Positions 40,592 to 50,672 of a stretch of DNA of 64,000 bases are shown one piece after another (the first letter of the stretch is position 1; each line of letters opens with the position of its first letter). Location: the IMG/VR virus record IMGVR_UViG_3300027286_000002; one strand, written 5' to 3'. The notes beneath the pieces were generated by a model. It made no database searches, had not been told where the DNA came from, and saw only the letters and a program-made list of their open reading frames with translations. Made by a program: the position numbers and the translations under genes. This DNA is from a virus (lineage: Duplodnaviria; Caudoviricetes).

Positions 40592-40661
40592 TTTCCTTTT
40601 TTTGTTTACTGATACATATAATAAGTTTATGTATATTATACAAACTAAAGAAAGATACCCT

Positions 40662-41081
40662 ATGAAATACCTTGCCTGCTTTTTATTCTTTCCCTTATAT
40701 ACTTTTGCTCAAGAAGATAAAGACTACCTTTTATCACCTTTGATTTTTCAACATGAAAACCAACTTGCTAAAACTGCTGAAACCATTAAAGAATCTGCCA
40801 AAGTAGATCTCAGTAGCCTTGCCATATTACCTTTCTTAAATGATAATGTTAAGAAATTAGAAAAACTACTCGTTGAAAAAGATAACCTGCTTAGAGAAAA
40901 AGATGCTGAAATTTTAAGACTTATCCAAGTCAATAACCAAATTGCTATCGAAAAGAAAGAATGTGAAGTAGATTTTAAACACTGTAAAAATGGAAACTAC
41001 CTACAATTAGGTGTATCAGGTTTAGCTACTGTTGCTACTGTTGTCACCAGCTTTGTTTGTTATCCTTCTAATCCTAATTAA
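40662..41081 (+). CDS. Exported coiled-coil protein with C-terminal hydrophobic helix
   Basis: Signal peptide MKYLACFLFFPLYTFAQ; coiled coil; C-terminal LGVSGLATVATVVTSFVCY. Confidence 0.65.
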   Translation: MKYLACFLFFPLYTFAQEDKDYLLSPLIFQHENQLAKTAETIKESAKVDLSSLAILPFLNDNVKKLEKLLVEKDNLLREKDAEILRLIQVNNQIAIEKKECEVDFKHCKNGNYLQLGVSGLATVATVVTSFVCYPSNPN

Positions 41082-42057
41082 AGATGTGTGCTTGACTTTC
41101 TGCATATGCTTGATTACTAATCTCTACCCACTTTGCTGTTAATTGCAATTCTCTAATATTCCTTGCTCCACTATAGCTTAATCCACTCTTAATATTAATT
41201 GCTATCTCATCTAATATATCTAACACTGATCCTTTGTAATTCACTTGATGACTTACACCTTCTACTGATCTTACATTTCCTCGCCATTGAGATTGTGCTT
41301 CTTTACTTGCCATACCTACATACTTCTTATATTTATTACCTTGTTCATCTGTATGTACTCTACCCGGGGCTTCATCTGTACCTGCTAAATATGAACCTAA
41401 CATGACAAAATCTGCACCACCTGCCAAACACTTTACCATATCACCTGTTGTCTTAATTCCACCATCTGCAATAATAGGTTTTTCATATGTAGATTTAGCA
41501 CAATCAAAAACACTAGCTAATGTAGGAATACCATGTCCTGTTTGAATACGAGTAGTACAAATAGAACCACCACCTATACCTACACGAACTGCATCTGCAC
41601 CATGATCTATTAAAAACTCATATCCATCTTGTGTAGCTACATTGCCAGCTATTACATAAATGTCTTTATGTCTTGCTTTCAATTCTTTTAATGTATCACC
41701 TACGATTTTAGTATGACCATGTGCAACATCTAAACAAAAGGTTGTGATGCCTGCATTAATAAACTTGTCTATACTGTCTAGTTCATTACAGCCAAAAGCA
41801 ACACAGGCTTTATTAGCATTAAAAGAAAGATGAGTACGATCAACAATACTATTATATCTATGAATGATACCAAGACCACCTTTAGATTGCATTGCGATTG
41901 CCATCTCTGTTTCTGTGACAGTAGTCATTGGTGATGAGATAATAGGTAAAGCATATTTCTGATTACCAAGAGATGAACTTAAATCAATTTCATCTCTTGA
42001 TGCGATACTAGAATATTGAGGTGAAATGAGATAGTCATTGAAAGTCTTTAATAGCAT
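41074..42057 (-). CDS. IMP dehydrogenase/GMP reductase family protein without CBS domains
   Basis: SSPM, DVAHGH, AGNVAT, VGIGGGSICTTR, IIADGGI, VMLGSYLAG..EAPG, GMAS, EGV; AAGGAG RBS before ATG 42057. Confidence 0.9.
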   Translation of the reverse strand: MLLKTFNDYLISPQYSSIASRDEIDLSSSLGNQKYALPIISSPMTTVTETEMAIAMQSKGGLGIIHRYNSIVDRTHLSFNANKACVAFGCNELDSIDKFINAGITTFCLDVAHGHTKIVGDTLKELKARHKDIYVIAGNVATQDGYEFLIDHGADAVRVGIGGGSICTTRIQTGHGIPTLASVFDCAKSTYEKPIIADGGIKTTGDMVKCLAGGADFVMLGSYLAGTDEAPGRVHTDEQGNKYKKYVGMASKEAQSQWRGNVRSVEGVSHQVNYKGSVLDILDEIAINIKSGLSYSGARNIRELQLTAKWVEISNQAYAESQAHIFN

Positions 42058-42130
42058 TTGTAGATACTCCTTTTTAAACAAAGAAATTATACATTGAAAA
42101 CAGATAAGACAAAATAAAAATATTTTTAAG

Positions 42131-42166
42131 TGAACTTGCAATTATTCTTATTCCTAAGTGTTATAT
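42131..42166 (+). promoter_or_regulatory. Putative phage promoter motif, copy 2
   Basis: TGAACTTGCAATTATTCTTATTCCTAAGTGTTATAT. Confidence 0.65.
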
Positions 42167-42204
42167 CTACATCAGAACAGATAACACAGAAAGGACAAAG
42201 CAAA

Positions 42205-42591
42205 ATGCTTAACCAACTCTCAAACGAAAGCACAGTAAACATGAAAACAGAACTTGATTGCATGATTGGTGAAATCTTGATGACTTGTTTAGAAACAAAT
42301 AATGATATTTCTAATATTTTACATCTCAGCAATGGATATGAAAATTCAGAATTTGTTGAAGATTTACACAAGTCTTACCTTATTGGCAATAGGAAGTTTG
42401 ACCTTCAAACAACATTCAGATGTGAAACTCAATTGTGTACAGATGATGATGAAACATATATCCTATATGGATTTATTAAAGACCTTTCAACTGATATGGA
42501 ATTTTCTGAATTTCCACTTACCACAATTTCTGATTTTGCAGATCACTTCAAAAATGAACTTAACAAGTTTATACAAATGAACTTGAGATAA
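42205..42591 (+). CDS. Acidic hypothetical protein
   Basis: AAAGGA RBS; first gene after the promoter motif. Confidence 0.7.
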   Translation: MLNQLSNESTVNMKTELDCMIGEILMTCLETNNDISNILHLSNGYENSEFVEDLHKSYLIGNRKFDLQTTFRCETQLCTDDDETYILYGFIKDLSTDMEFSEFPLTTISDFADHFKNELNKFIQMNLR

Positions 42592-42610
42592 AGAAAGGAC
42601 ATAGCAAAAG

Positions 42611-42808
42611 ATGCTTAGTCAAAACACCATTATTCAAATGTTCGATAAAGACATTTTAATCAGCGAAGAAACATTAGTTTCTTTTGTTGAAAAAAATCAA
42701 GATAATGAAGAAATGCTTGATGCAATACACCTTTTAAAACACTTCGGTGAAATCCAAATCACAACAGATGCAGGTGATCTTACTCTCACTCTTAAACTTA
42801 AAGATTAA
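42611..42808 (+). CDS. Small hypothetical protein
   Basis: AAAGGA RBS; operon context. Confidence 0.7.
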   Translation: MLSQNTIIQMFDKDILISEETLVSFVEKNQDNEEMLDAIHLLKHFGEIQITTDAGDLTLTLKLKD

Positions 42809-42811
42809 AAA

Positions 42812-43435
42812 ATGGAAAAGTACAACCTTAAATTCACTACCGATTTACAAGCGATTGCTGATGAAATCACATATCACAATGATGATAGCATTAGCCTTAT
42901 TACTGAAAAGGATATTGAAGTTTTCTTAAAGACTTTTGAAGGATCAGGCAAACTAACATTCTCTTATGGTATCTCTTATTTAAGATCAAGAATGACTAAT
43001 GACTATGAAAGTTTAAAATCACTTGTTGAACTTAGAAAAAAAGACATTGAAGAAAAACTAAAACAAAATGAAAGTATTCTGAAAATCACAGATGCTTTAA
43101 ATTCTGTTGGCACTATGCTGGATGAAACCACTATCAATTCATTTCCTTTAAGTGATTATCGTCAAAGTCTTGATGCTTTAATTGAGAAACTTGAAAAAGA
43201 TTATTGTATTTCTGTGGAAGATGATGATTTAACAAAGCCACTTACTGAAGCAGGCAAAGAGATGTTCGCTTTCTTAGATGCTTTAGAAAGTGAAATCAAA
43301 ACTGAAAGTGAAGATGAAATTTTAATGCCACCTAAAGAAGAGATTGCAGAACTTGTTAAGAAAATCTTTTTAGATTATGACTTGGCTACATATCTTATTT
43401 TTGAAGCTAGAAAATTTGAAAGAACTAGAAATTAA
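42812..43435 (+). CDS. Acidic coiled-coil hypothetical protein
   Basis: Operon context. Confidence 0.75.
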   Translation: MEKYNLKFTTDLQAIADEITYHNDDSISLITEKDIEVFLKTFEGSGKLTFSYGISYLRSRMTNDYESLKSLVELRKKDIEEKLKQNESILKITDALNSVGTMLDETTINSFPLSDYRQSLDALIEKLEKDYCISVEDDDLTKPLTEAGKEMFAFLDALESEIKTESEDEILMPPKEEIAELVKKIFLDYDLATYLIFEARKFERTRN

Positions 43436-43450
43436 GAAAGGAAAACTTTT

Positions 43451-43933
43451 ATGGGTTTAGATAACTTTTGGCTCATTCCTAAACAAACTGAAGAAAATCT
43501 TGCAGTATTTTCTAAAGCACCACAAACTCAAGAATCACCTGAAAATGTTGATTTTGAAAATGTTTACTATCATGGCAAACATCCTATTAGTCTTGTAGGT
43601 GGTTTATTTACAAGTGATGGCAATGGATCATTTAGAGGTAAATATTACCTATCTATGTGTGATGCCATGCTAAAAGAAAATAGCTGGTTATATAACTTTC
43701 ATTTTAAATCTGAAATTGAAGATGCCTATAGCCAAATGAGTACATACCTTGATAAGTTCCTAAGTGAAGATGCTGAACAGCATTGGGAAGAATTTATTAA
43801 AGCAGGTAAACAAACTGTTGTAGACCATTATGGTTTTTTTGATGAATACACTATGGATGAAGCAATTGATTTTATCCGTATGTTTGAATATTACTCTACT
43901 GTTGAAAACATCTGTCTTAGTGCTTGGTATTAA
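43451..43933 (+). CDS. Hypothetical protein (MGLD-type N-terminus common in phages)
   Basis: AAAGGA RBS; MGLDNFW...FRGKYY...AWY. Confidence 0.75.
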   Translation: MGLDNFWLIPKQTEENLAVFSKAPQTQESPENVDFENVYYHGKHPISLVGGLFTSDGNGSFRGKYYLSMCDAMLKENSWLYNFHFKSEIEDAYSQMSTYLDKFLSEDAEQHWEEFIKAGKQTVVDHYGFFDEYTMDEAIDFIRMFEYYSTVENICLSAWY

Positions 43934-43941
43934 TTTTTTTC

Positions 43942-43977
43942 TGAACTTGCAATAAAAACTTATCTTTAGTGTTTTAC
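43942..43977 (+). promoter_or_regulatory. Putative phage promoter motif, copy 3
   Basis: TGAACTTGCAATAAAAACTTATCTTTAGTGTTTTAC, same spacing as copies 1 and 2. Confidence 0.6.
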
Positions 43978-44014
43978 ATATCATCCAAACAACAACCAAA
44001 GGATAAAATCCATT

Positions 44015-44350
44015 ATGGATAAAATCATTTCCCAAAAGCAAATTCTTGAATGCAAAATAAATGTTGTCTTAGATACAGCATTTAACAAAAACACTGACAT
44101 TCAAGAAATCAAGTACCTTAGTGGTGCAAATACTCATGACAAAACCTATCTCATTTTTAGAATGACAGGTACTCAAAAGATTGGCATTGAAATCCTACTC
44201 TGTGATGAATATGGAGAAGATTTCATTCTCTTTAAAATCATTAAGGGAAACCAAGAAGTCATTCAATATGAATACTTCTCTTTAGATGGAAATTCTACCA
44301 TTGAACACTTTATCCAACTCTTTCAAAATGAACTCAATAAAAGGATTTAA
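44015..44350 (+). CDS. Hypothetical protein
   Basis: AAAGGA RBS after the promoter motif. Confidence 0.7.
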   Translation: MDKIISQKQILECKINVVLDTAFNKNTDIQEIKYLSGANTHDKTYLIFRMTGTQKIGIEILLCDEYGEDFILFKIIKGNQEVIQYEYFSLDGNSTIEHFIQLFQNELNKRI

Positions 44351-44355
44351 TAAAA

Positions 44356-44604
44356 ATGGATTTACATTTTATTACTGAAAACACTAGAACTGTCATCTAT
44401 AACACACCTAGACTTTCAGGTCTTGTTGCAGATTTATCTCTTGGCAAATATTCTTTAAGATATATCCTTGAAAAAGAAGATATGGATGCAGTCCTTGAAT
44501 GTCTTACTACAGATGAAAATGATCTTGAACTTAACTTTTTGATTGACACTCTTAAAACATATTCAAAATTTAATGGTGTTGCAATCCCTGATTACAACCA
44601 ATAA
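44356..44604 (+). CDS. Hypothetical protein
   Basis: AAAGGA RBS; operon context. Confidence 0.7.
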   Translation: MDLHFITENTRTVIYNTPRLSGLVADLSLGKYSLRYILEKEDMDAVLECLTTDENDLELNFLIDTLKTYSKFNGVAIPDYNQ

Positions 44605-47600
44605 CTAATTTTTCCTAAAGTACATCCTTGTAAATAAAACTAAAATACCTAACATCATTATCAAATTAGTCGCTTGATCTACATTTTGACAACTGCCACC
44701 TTGAAACTTTGTCTTTTTCGTATTCCCTTTATCTTCATACATCACAGGCACTAAATCATAATCCACCAATCTCATATCTCTTATCATCTGATCTATATCT
44801 ATTTGCTTATTTACTGCCATATCACTCACTGACATATCGCTTACATTCATATCACCTGCATTCACTAAATTATTGCCATTTAATACTCTTATCCTAAATG
44901 ACTGTTCTGTTCGTCCACCATCATACATATAATGATCATCTGCACCTTGATAATCTAATGCTATTAAATTTACACTTGCTTCTGTTCCTGCTAAATTACT
45001 AGGCACTTGCCACTCTAATCTAAATAAATTATCATCTATTTGCTCTACTGTCATTTCTGTTGGCGATCCTGCACCTAACTTCATCTCTATTAAATCAAAT
45101 GCTCCTTGATCTTTTACTCGTATATCATATTTATATGTCCTGCCTGCATATGCTATCATATCAGGTACACTTATAAACACAGGTGCTACATTTGATACAT
45201 GAACTCTAATCTTATTGTAATATCCATAAGGTGAAATCATCTTTATTGTGTAGATACCATCATCTTCAAATAAATAAGACACTTCTTCACCTTGCTTATT
45301 TGCCTCGTTTTCTAATAACCATAAATAATCACTTGTCAGATCCGATTCAAGATTACAATTTTCTAAATTCACTTTCGGATTGTCTAATTCTTCTGCACTT
45401 AAAATCACACACCTGCCTTCTTCACTTTGCACATTATCTACTGTTAATAACCATGACTGCACATCAATCTGTTTAATAACTTCTGTTGTTGTATTTGACC
45501 ACTCATCATAAATCAAAATCTTCACAGGTAATAAGCCTGCTCTCTGTGCTTCATATGTTTTACTGCCATTCCAACTTCTCTCTCTTTCAAGTATGCCATC
45601 CATCTCAAAGTCTATCGTATATAACAAATCATCCACATCAGGATCATCTGCTAAAACATTTAAAGAAATCATACCATCATCTTGCCATACCTGTACTTCA
45701 TTTACTTCTGTTGGATGATTGACCACCTGCACTTCTTTTGTAAATACTTCAGATTGCTTATTAGATGTGAAACCTTTGACCTTTATTAAATATGGTGTTT
45801 CTTTCCAAGCATATTTATGTTCTAAATAAGAATTAACAGTACCATCATTCCAATCTACTTCATAGCTTTGAAAATAAGTATCACTAATAACTCTTAAACT
45901 CACTACACCACCTACACCTATTTCAACATCTACATCTGAAATCACAGGTACAGGTGTAGGCTCAATATTTAAAGACACTTCTGTTTCTACATTTGACCAA
46001 AGATCTTTTACTTTAAGATATATTGTATGTTGCTGATTCACATCCAAATTAAAAATCTCTAAGTTCGTTCTTTCTTCATAGTCTTGATCTGCATTTACTT
46101 TCCAATAATACTTAAAAGCATTCGTATCAGGATCACTCGCATTAGCCACTATTAAATAACTACCACCTGCTAGTAAATGTTTATTAATGTTTAAGATTGT
46201 AGGTGCATCCACTATTTGAATTTGTGTTGAGATTGTAGTGTTTAAACCACTTGTATCTTTAACTGTGATTAAAGCAAGATAAGGTTCTGTTTGATATGGC
46301 AAATCAAAATCTAGTTTAGTAAATACTTGATCATGTACTCTCACTTCATAAGATAACTCATCACCATTTGGATCAGTAGCATCTACTACTAACCAGCATT
46401 TACCTGCATATCCAATAAGACTTGTTACTGCATTTATCACAGGTGGCAAGTTTTCCATAAAGTTTAAAGTTTCTAAATTTTTTGTAGCTTGTGATCCTAT
46501 ACTATCTATCACTCGCACACTTGGACTAAAACTACCATAGGATGAATATGTATAAACAAAAATGCCTGTGTTATTTACCATAGATGTACTACCATCACCT
46601 GCATTAAATTCATATTGCAAACTGTCATTATCCATATCAGTAGCATTTACAAAGACAGTTACTAGATTTGTATTCCGTGTTATATCTACATCTAAAATGA
46701 CAGGTGCTTGATTTCCTGTATCTATAATTGTTGTGTATTCTGTTGCTAATCCTAAATTGTCTTTTACCATAATGCTTACAGGTGTTGTATCACTGCTCGC
46801 TTTAAAGGTATATGTATTAAGACTGCTATTTACTACTTCTAAATATGCACTGTCATTTATATCTATAGTATAGATTAAACTACTTGCTTTCTCAAATGAA
46901 TAAGGTTTACTAACTGTTTCACTAGCATCTGAACCATCAAAAGCATTTAAAGTAAAAATACCTGTACCTGTGCTTAATATATATGGTGTTATATATGGTG
47001 GTGTATCTATAACAATATTGTCATTAAAGGTTGCTGTGATAAATGGATCATAATCTGTAATCGTAGCTAAGGCTCTCACTTCTATTAAAGGATTTGGTTG
47101 TGCATAAACTTGAATCTCATAAAATCCATTTCCTTGTTTTTCTATTTGCACGGATGAAATGATAGGATTTAGATTTCTATGTTCAACTGAAATCTCTTGA
47201 ATGACAGGTGGAAGGTTTGGCACTTCGATATAAATGTTTTTTGTTGAAACAAGACCACCTGCATCTGTGGCTGTGATTTTAATCGTATCTACTCTAAATC
47301 CATCACCTATAGGAATATATTCATAAATGCCTGTGGAAATCTCATTTAAACTGCCTTGTCCTGATAAGACTTCTACTTGATAAGACACACTTAAAGATTC
47401 AGGATCAAATGATTGGTTAAGATTAATAAGATTATTAAGAACATCTTCTACAATGACAGGTGGCTGTGTATTTGGCAAGATATTAACAATTACAGATCCA
47501 AAGCTACATAAAGAGCAATCTGTTTTTTCTACACCATCAAGACAAGCATCTGTCCATTGACCATCATCACAAATTTTAAAAGGTATAGAAATCTTAGATA

Positions 47601-49710
47601 AGTTATTAGGTACTAGATAAGACGATTCGCTTGTAGTAAAAACTCCATCAAGGTTTGAATCAAATTCCACAGAAGAAATAAAATCTTTAGGATGGTTTGG
47701 ATAAGGATCTTGATTGCTATCTGCATCATAAGACAGGTTAGCATTTAAAGTGATGGTTTGACCTGTATATCCTGTAAAGGTTTGAGCAATAGCAATAGGT
47801 GCATGGTTATATTTACTGATGCTTATAGATACTGCATTTTCATCATCTACAATACGATTAAGATTATCAATCGTTCTTAAAATGACTTTTTGTTTAATGG
47901 TTTGTCCCCAACTGACATCATTTGTATATGTATATGTAAATTTTTCATTTAGATCATTAGTAGTAAAATCCCATACGATCTCATTACTGTCTATCTTACC
48001 ATTCGCATTAAGATCTTCTGTTAATAAATCATCTACAACATTCCATTTAAATTGCACAATGCTAACTTCAGGATCAAGTGCATAAGACCATGAATGATCA
48101 AAAGTGACAGGTGTGTTAGGTGATATTAATTGTGGTGTTGCTTTGGCATAAGGTTGAACTTCTAACCATGATTGAATGATTTGAGTAATAACAGATGTTT
48201 TTTCATTAGTAGAGAAAGAACCTGCCCATAGCCAATTACCTGTCCAAGTCCAAGTCGCATTAGCTTGTTGTTTAGATGCACCATTAGAATTTTTAGTGGC
48301 ATTTTTACCTGTGAGAAAGAAATCTGTATATTCATTAGACCAATGAGTACCATTAGGTAAATAAGTTATTTCTGGCGAAAAAGATCTAAGACCTTTTGTA
48401 GAAGCATAGATGTAGTAAAGACCCCAATGGCTGTTATCAGTAACATACCAAGATTGGATAGCATTAATAGAAGCATTAACTTGTGCATTTGTATTTAAAT
48501 CCTCGTTTTCTGTCCAGCCATAACCAACAAGAGTATTACCTGCTAGTTTGCCATTACCATTTCCATCATAATAACATATACCATTTGGACAATAAAGTGA
48601 CAGCCAATCTCTTTGTTTTGTTTTAAAACTTTCATAATCTACATTATTAAATTTTCTTTTAAGAATACGAATGGCTTCAGGTGCCCAACCATTTGTTGAG
48701 GCATCGTCTGTAACACCTGCCATATTACTGCAAGTGTAAAACCATGCACCATCAGATGTAGTACATTGTAAAAGACCATCTATAATGTCTTGACCAATAT
48801 TTTTAAGATCATTGCCAAAAATACCTTGTCTACCTACAGGTGAAATATAAGATGAGTTGCCAAAATTTGCCAAAGGCTCAGACCATGCTGTTGATTCATA
48901 GCTAGACCAAAACCAAGCACTTAAATTATTAGTCGCAACAAATTCCATTCCTTTACCTGCATTACCTAATGTATCTGTATCTGTAAATCCTATGTTCTTT
49001 AATTGCATTGTAGATAAAATAGAATGTAGTCCACATTGAGTAAAGTGTCTATAATATGGATCATTATCTCTATTAAGACCAAAGCCATGTCCTCTTCTTA
49101 AAAAAACATTTAATGCCATACCTGTGGAATATAAAGTTTGATTACCTGCTACATAACAAAGATGTTCATTATGTCCAAGTGAATCATTGCCTTTATGGAT
49201 AGCTTGTCTAAATAAATACCATAAGGCTATATCTACTGCTCTACTAGAATAAATTTGTCTTGTAAGATTTAGGTTGCCATCGTTCGCTGTGCAATTTGCA
49301 TTTAAAGGATCATTATAGTAATTATCACAGATACGATCTACATGAATAAGAACAGGCATAGTAGCTGTGGCAATTTCACTGCCACAAGTCACTTCTACTT
49401 TAGGATAAATATAAGTATTACCTAAAGCATTAGGATATTGATATGCTAAATGTAAAGGTGCAAAAAATGAATTACCAGCGATTGATGTACTTGTTTCACT
49501 AGCATCATTAAAATCACCATCACCATTTACATCCCAACGATAAGAATAAGAGTTACATCCTTCAGCAATAGCTTGTAAATGAGTAGGTAAACCATTTACT
49601 GCGATATGTGGAATATCAGGATTAGATTGCACATAAGGAATAGTAGATACTTTAAGTTGAGCGAATGCAACATAAGGTATCAAGAGAAAAAGAAAAAATG
49701 TTTTGTTCAT
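44605..49710 (-). CDS. Large secreted surface protein: alpha-barrel-like N-domain, PKD/Ig-like repeats, MYXO-CTERM-like anchor
   Basis: Signal peptide MNKTFFLFLLIPYVAFAQ; repeats N..P.I...A.D.D.D.L.Y.W/F..GDG; DM-rich linker; GGSC + hydrophobic helix + RMYFRKN. Confidence 0.75.
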   Translation of the reverse strand: MNKTFFLFLLIPYVAFAQLKVSTIPYVQSNPDIPHIAVNGLPTHLQAIAEGCNSYSYRWDVNGDGDFNDASETSTSIAGNSFFAPLHLAYQYPNALGNTYIYPKVEVTCGSEIATATMPVLIHVDRICDNYYNDPLNANCTANDGNLNLTRQIYSSRAVDIALWYLFRQAIHKGNDSLGHNEHLCYVAGNQTLYSTGMALNVFLRRGHGFGLNRDNDPYYRHFTQCGLHSILSTMQLKNIGFTDTDTLGNAGKGMEFVATNNLSAWFWSSYESTAWSEPLANFGNSSYISPVGRQGIFGNDLKNIGQDIIDGLLQCTTSDGAWFYTCSNMAGVTDDASTNGWAPEAIRILKRKFNNVDYESFKTKQRDWLSLYCPNGICYYDGNGNGKLAGNTLVGYGWTENEDLNTNAQVNASINAIQSWYVTDNSHWGLYYIYASTKGLRSFSPEITYLPNGTHWSNEYTDFFLTGKNATKNSNGASKQQANATWTWTGNWLWAGSFSTNEKTSVITQIIQSWLEVQPYAKATPQLISPNTPVTFDHSWSYALDPEVSIVQFKWNVVDDLLTEDLNANGKIDSNEIVWDFTTNDLNEKFTYTYTNDVSWGQTIKQKVILRTIDNLNRIVDDENAVSISISKYNHAPIAIAQTFTGYTGQTITLNANLSYDADSNQDPYPNHPKDFISSVEFDSNLDGVFTTSESSYLVPNNLSKISIPFKICDDGQWTDACLDGVEKTDCSLCSFGSVIVNILPNTQPPVIVEDVLNNLINLNQSFDPESLSVSYQVEVLSGQGSLNEISTGIYEYIPIGDGFRVDTIKITATDAGGLVSTKNIYIEVPNLPPVIQEISVEHRNLNPIISSVQIEKQGNGFYEIQVYAQPNPLIEVRALATITDYDPFITATFNDNIVIDTPPYITPYILSTGTGIFTLNAFDGSDASETVSKPYSFEKASSLIYTIDINDSAYLEVVNSSLNTYTFKASSDTTPVSIMVKDNLGLATEYTTIIDTGNQAPVILDVDITRNTNLVTVFVNATDMDNDSLQYEFNAGDGSTSMVNNTGIFVYTYSSYGSFSPSVRVIDSIGSQATKNLETLNFMENLPPVINAVTSLIGYAGKCWLVVDATDPNGDELSYEVRVHDQVFTKLDFDLPYQTEPYLALITVKDTSGLNTTISTQIQIVDAPTILNINKHLLAGGSYLIVANASDPDTNAFKYYWKVNADQDYEERTNLEIFNLDVNQQHTIYLKVKDLWSNVETEVSLNIEPTPVPVISDVDVEIGVGGVVSLRVISDTYFQSYEVDWNDGTVNSYLEHKYAWKETPYLIKVKGFTSNKQSEVFTKEVQVVNHPTEVNEVQVWQDDGMISLNVLADDPDVDDLLYTIDFEMDGILERERSWNGSKTYEAQRAGLLPVKILIYDEWSNTTTEVIKQIDVQSWLLTVDNVQSEEGRCVILSAEELDNPKVNLENCNLESDLTSDYLWLLENEANKQGEEVSYLFEDDGIYTIKMISPYGYYNKIRVHVSNVAPVFISVPDMIAYAGRTYKYDIRVKDQGAFDLIEMKLGAGSPTEMTVEQIDDNLFRLEWQVPSNLAGTEASVNLIALDYQGADDHYMYDGGRTEQSFRIRVLNGNNLVNAGDMNVSDMSVSDMAVNKQIDIDQMIRDMRLVDYDLVPVMYEDKGNTKKTKFQGGSCQNVDQATNLIMMLGILVLFTRMYFRKN

Positions 49711-49811
49711 ATATGGATCTACCTTTGTTAAGTTTAACAAAGGTTTAAAAATTTAATAATCATTAAAAGAATAACCTAATAGTAAACTTATTTTTCACAA
49801 AGGATATAAAA

Positions 49812-50651
49812 ATGCCTGTTTCTTATGTTGATATTACAAGAGAAGAATTGGAAGAATGGTTAGATAGTTTGCCAAATAAATGGACAAAAGATCCACGAAT
49901 GGCAGGTATCTACTATATTCATTTATCAGATGTAGTAGCAGTTAAGCTATCATCTACACAAACTGCAAGCAGTGGATCTATGGGATATGCTGAAGGTTCA
50001 ATGAAGTTAAGTCTTGTGAGTTTAGTAACAAAGCAGTTATTAAATAAGAAAGATGCAGATCGTTCACATTTCAAAAGAACTTTAAATTGGAAAAAAACAT
50101 GGAAAGATGGTGTAGAGCATTGGTCTTCTGTGTATAACAATGCCAAAGGTTTTTATGACAGGATTGCAGAGATTGAAGATCGTGTAGAATATAAGAAAAA
50201 TCTGTTAGAAGATATTGAAAGTGTTTATGGTTGGGAAAAGAATACTTTCTTAACTAGTATGCACGAAAAAGTCACAAATAATAATATTTTGACTGTTGCT
50301 CAGGAAGATGCGATTGCTAAGTTTTTAAGAAACAAAGCAGAACCAAAGAAAACCTTTGAACCTAGACCATCATTTGAACCTAGACCATCATTTGAGCCAA
50401 GTAGACCTACTTATGAAAGACCTGTATCTACACCAAAGACATATACAGATGCTCCATCTGCTATTAAAGGTATTGTAATGACACCTGAACAAGAAAGAGC
50501 AATGGCAAGATTGGTAGCTTTAACAGAAGTAGCATCACCTGTGGATAAGACATATACTTTGATTATGATTAATAAAGCAAGACAAGGTATTAAACTGTCA
50601 AATGAAGAAAAACAAAAACTTTTAGGTCTTTTAAAAGATTACAACATTTAA
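49812..50651 (+). CDS. Hypothetical protein with FEPRPS linker repeats
   Basis: AAAGGA RBS; long clean ORF. Confidence 0.8.
   Translation: MPVSYVDITREELEEWLDSLPNKWTKDPRMAGIYYIHLSDVVAVKLSSTQTASSGSMGYAEGSMKLSLVSLVTKQLLNKKDADRSHFKRTLNWKKTWKDGVEHWSSVYNNAKGFYDRIAEIEDRVEYKKNLLEDIESVYGWEKNTFLTSMHEKVTNNNILTVAQEDAIAKFLRNKAEPKKTFEPRPSFEPRPSFEPSRPTYERPVSTPKTYTDAPSAIKGIVMTPEQERAMARLVALTEVASPVDKTYTLIMINKARQGIKLSNEEKQKLLGLLKDYNI
50355..50407 (+). repeat. 18-bp tandem repeat (2 exact copies plus 1 degenerate) encoding FEPRPS
   Basis: TTTGAACCTAGACCATCA twice, then TTTGAGCCAAGTAGACC. Confidence 0.9.
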
Positions 50652-50672
50652 CATAAAAAAGGATGTTATAAA

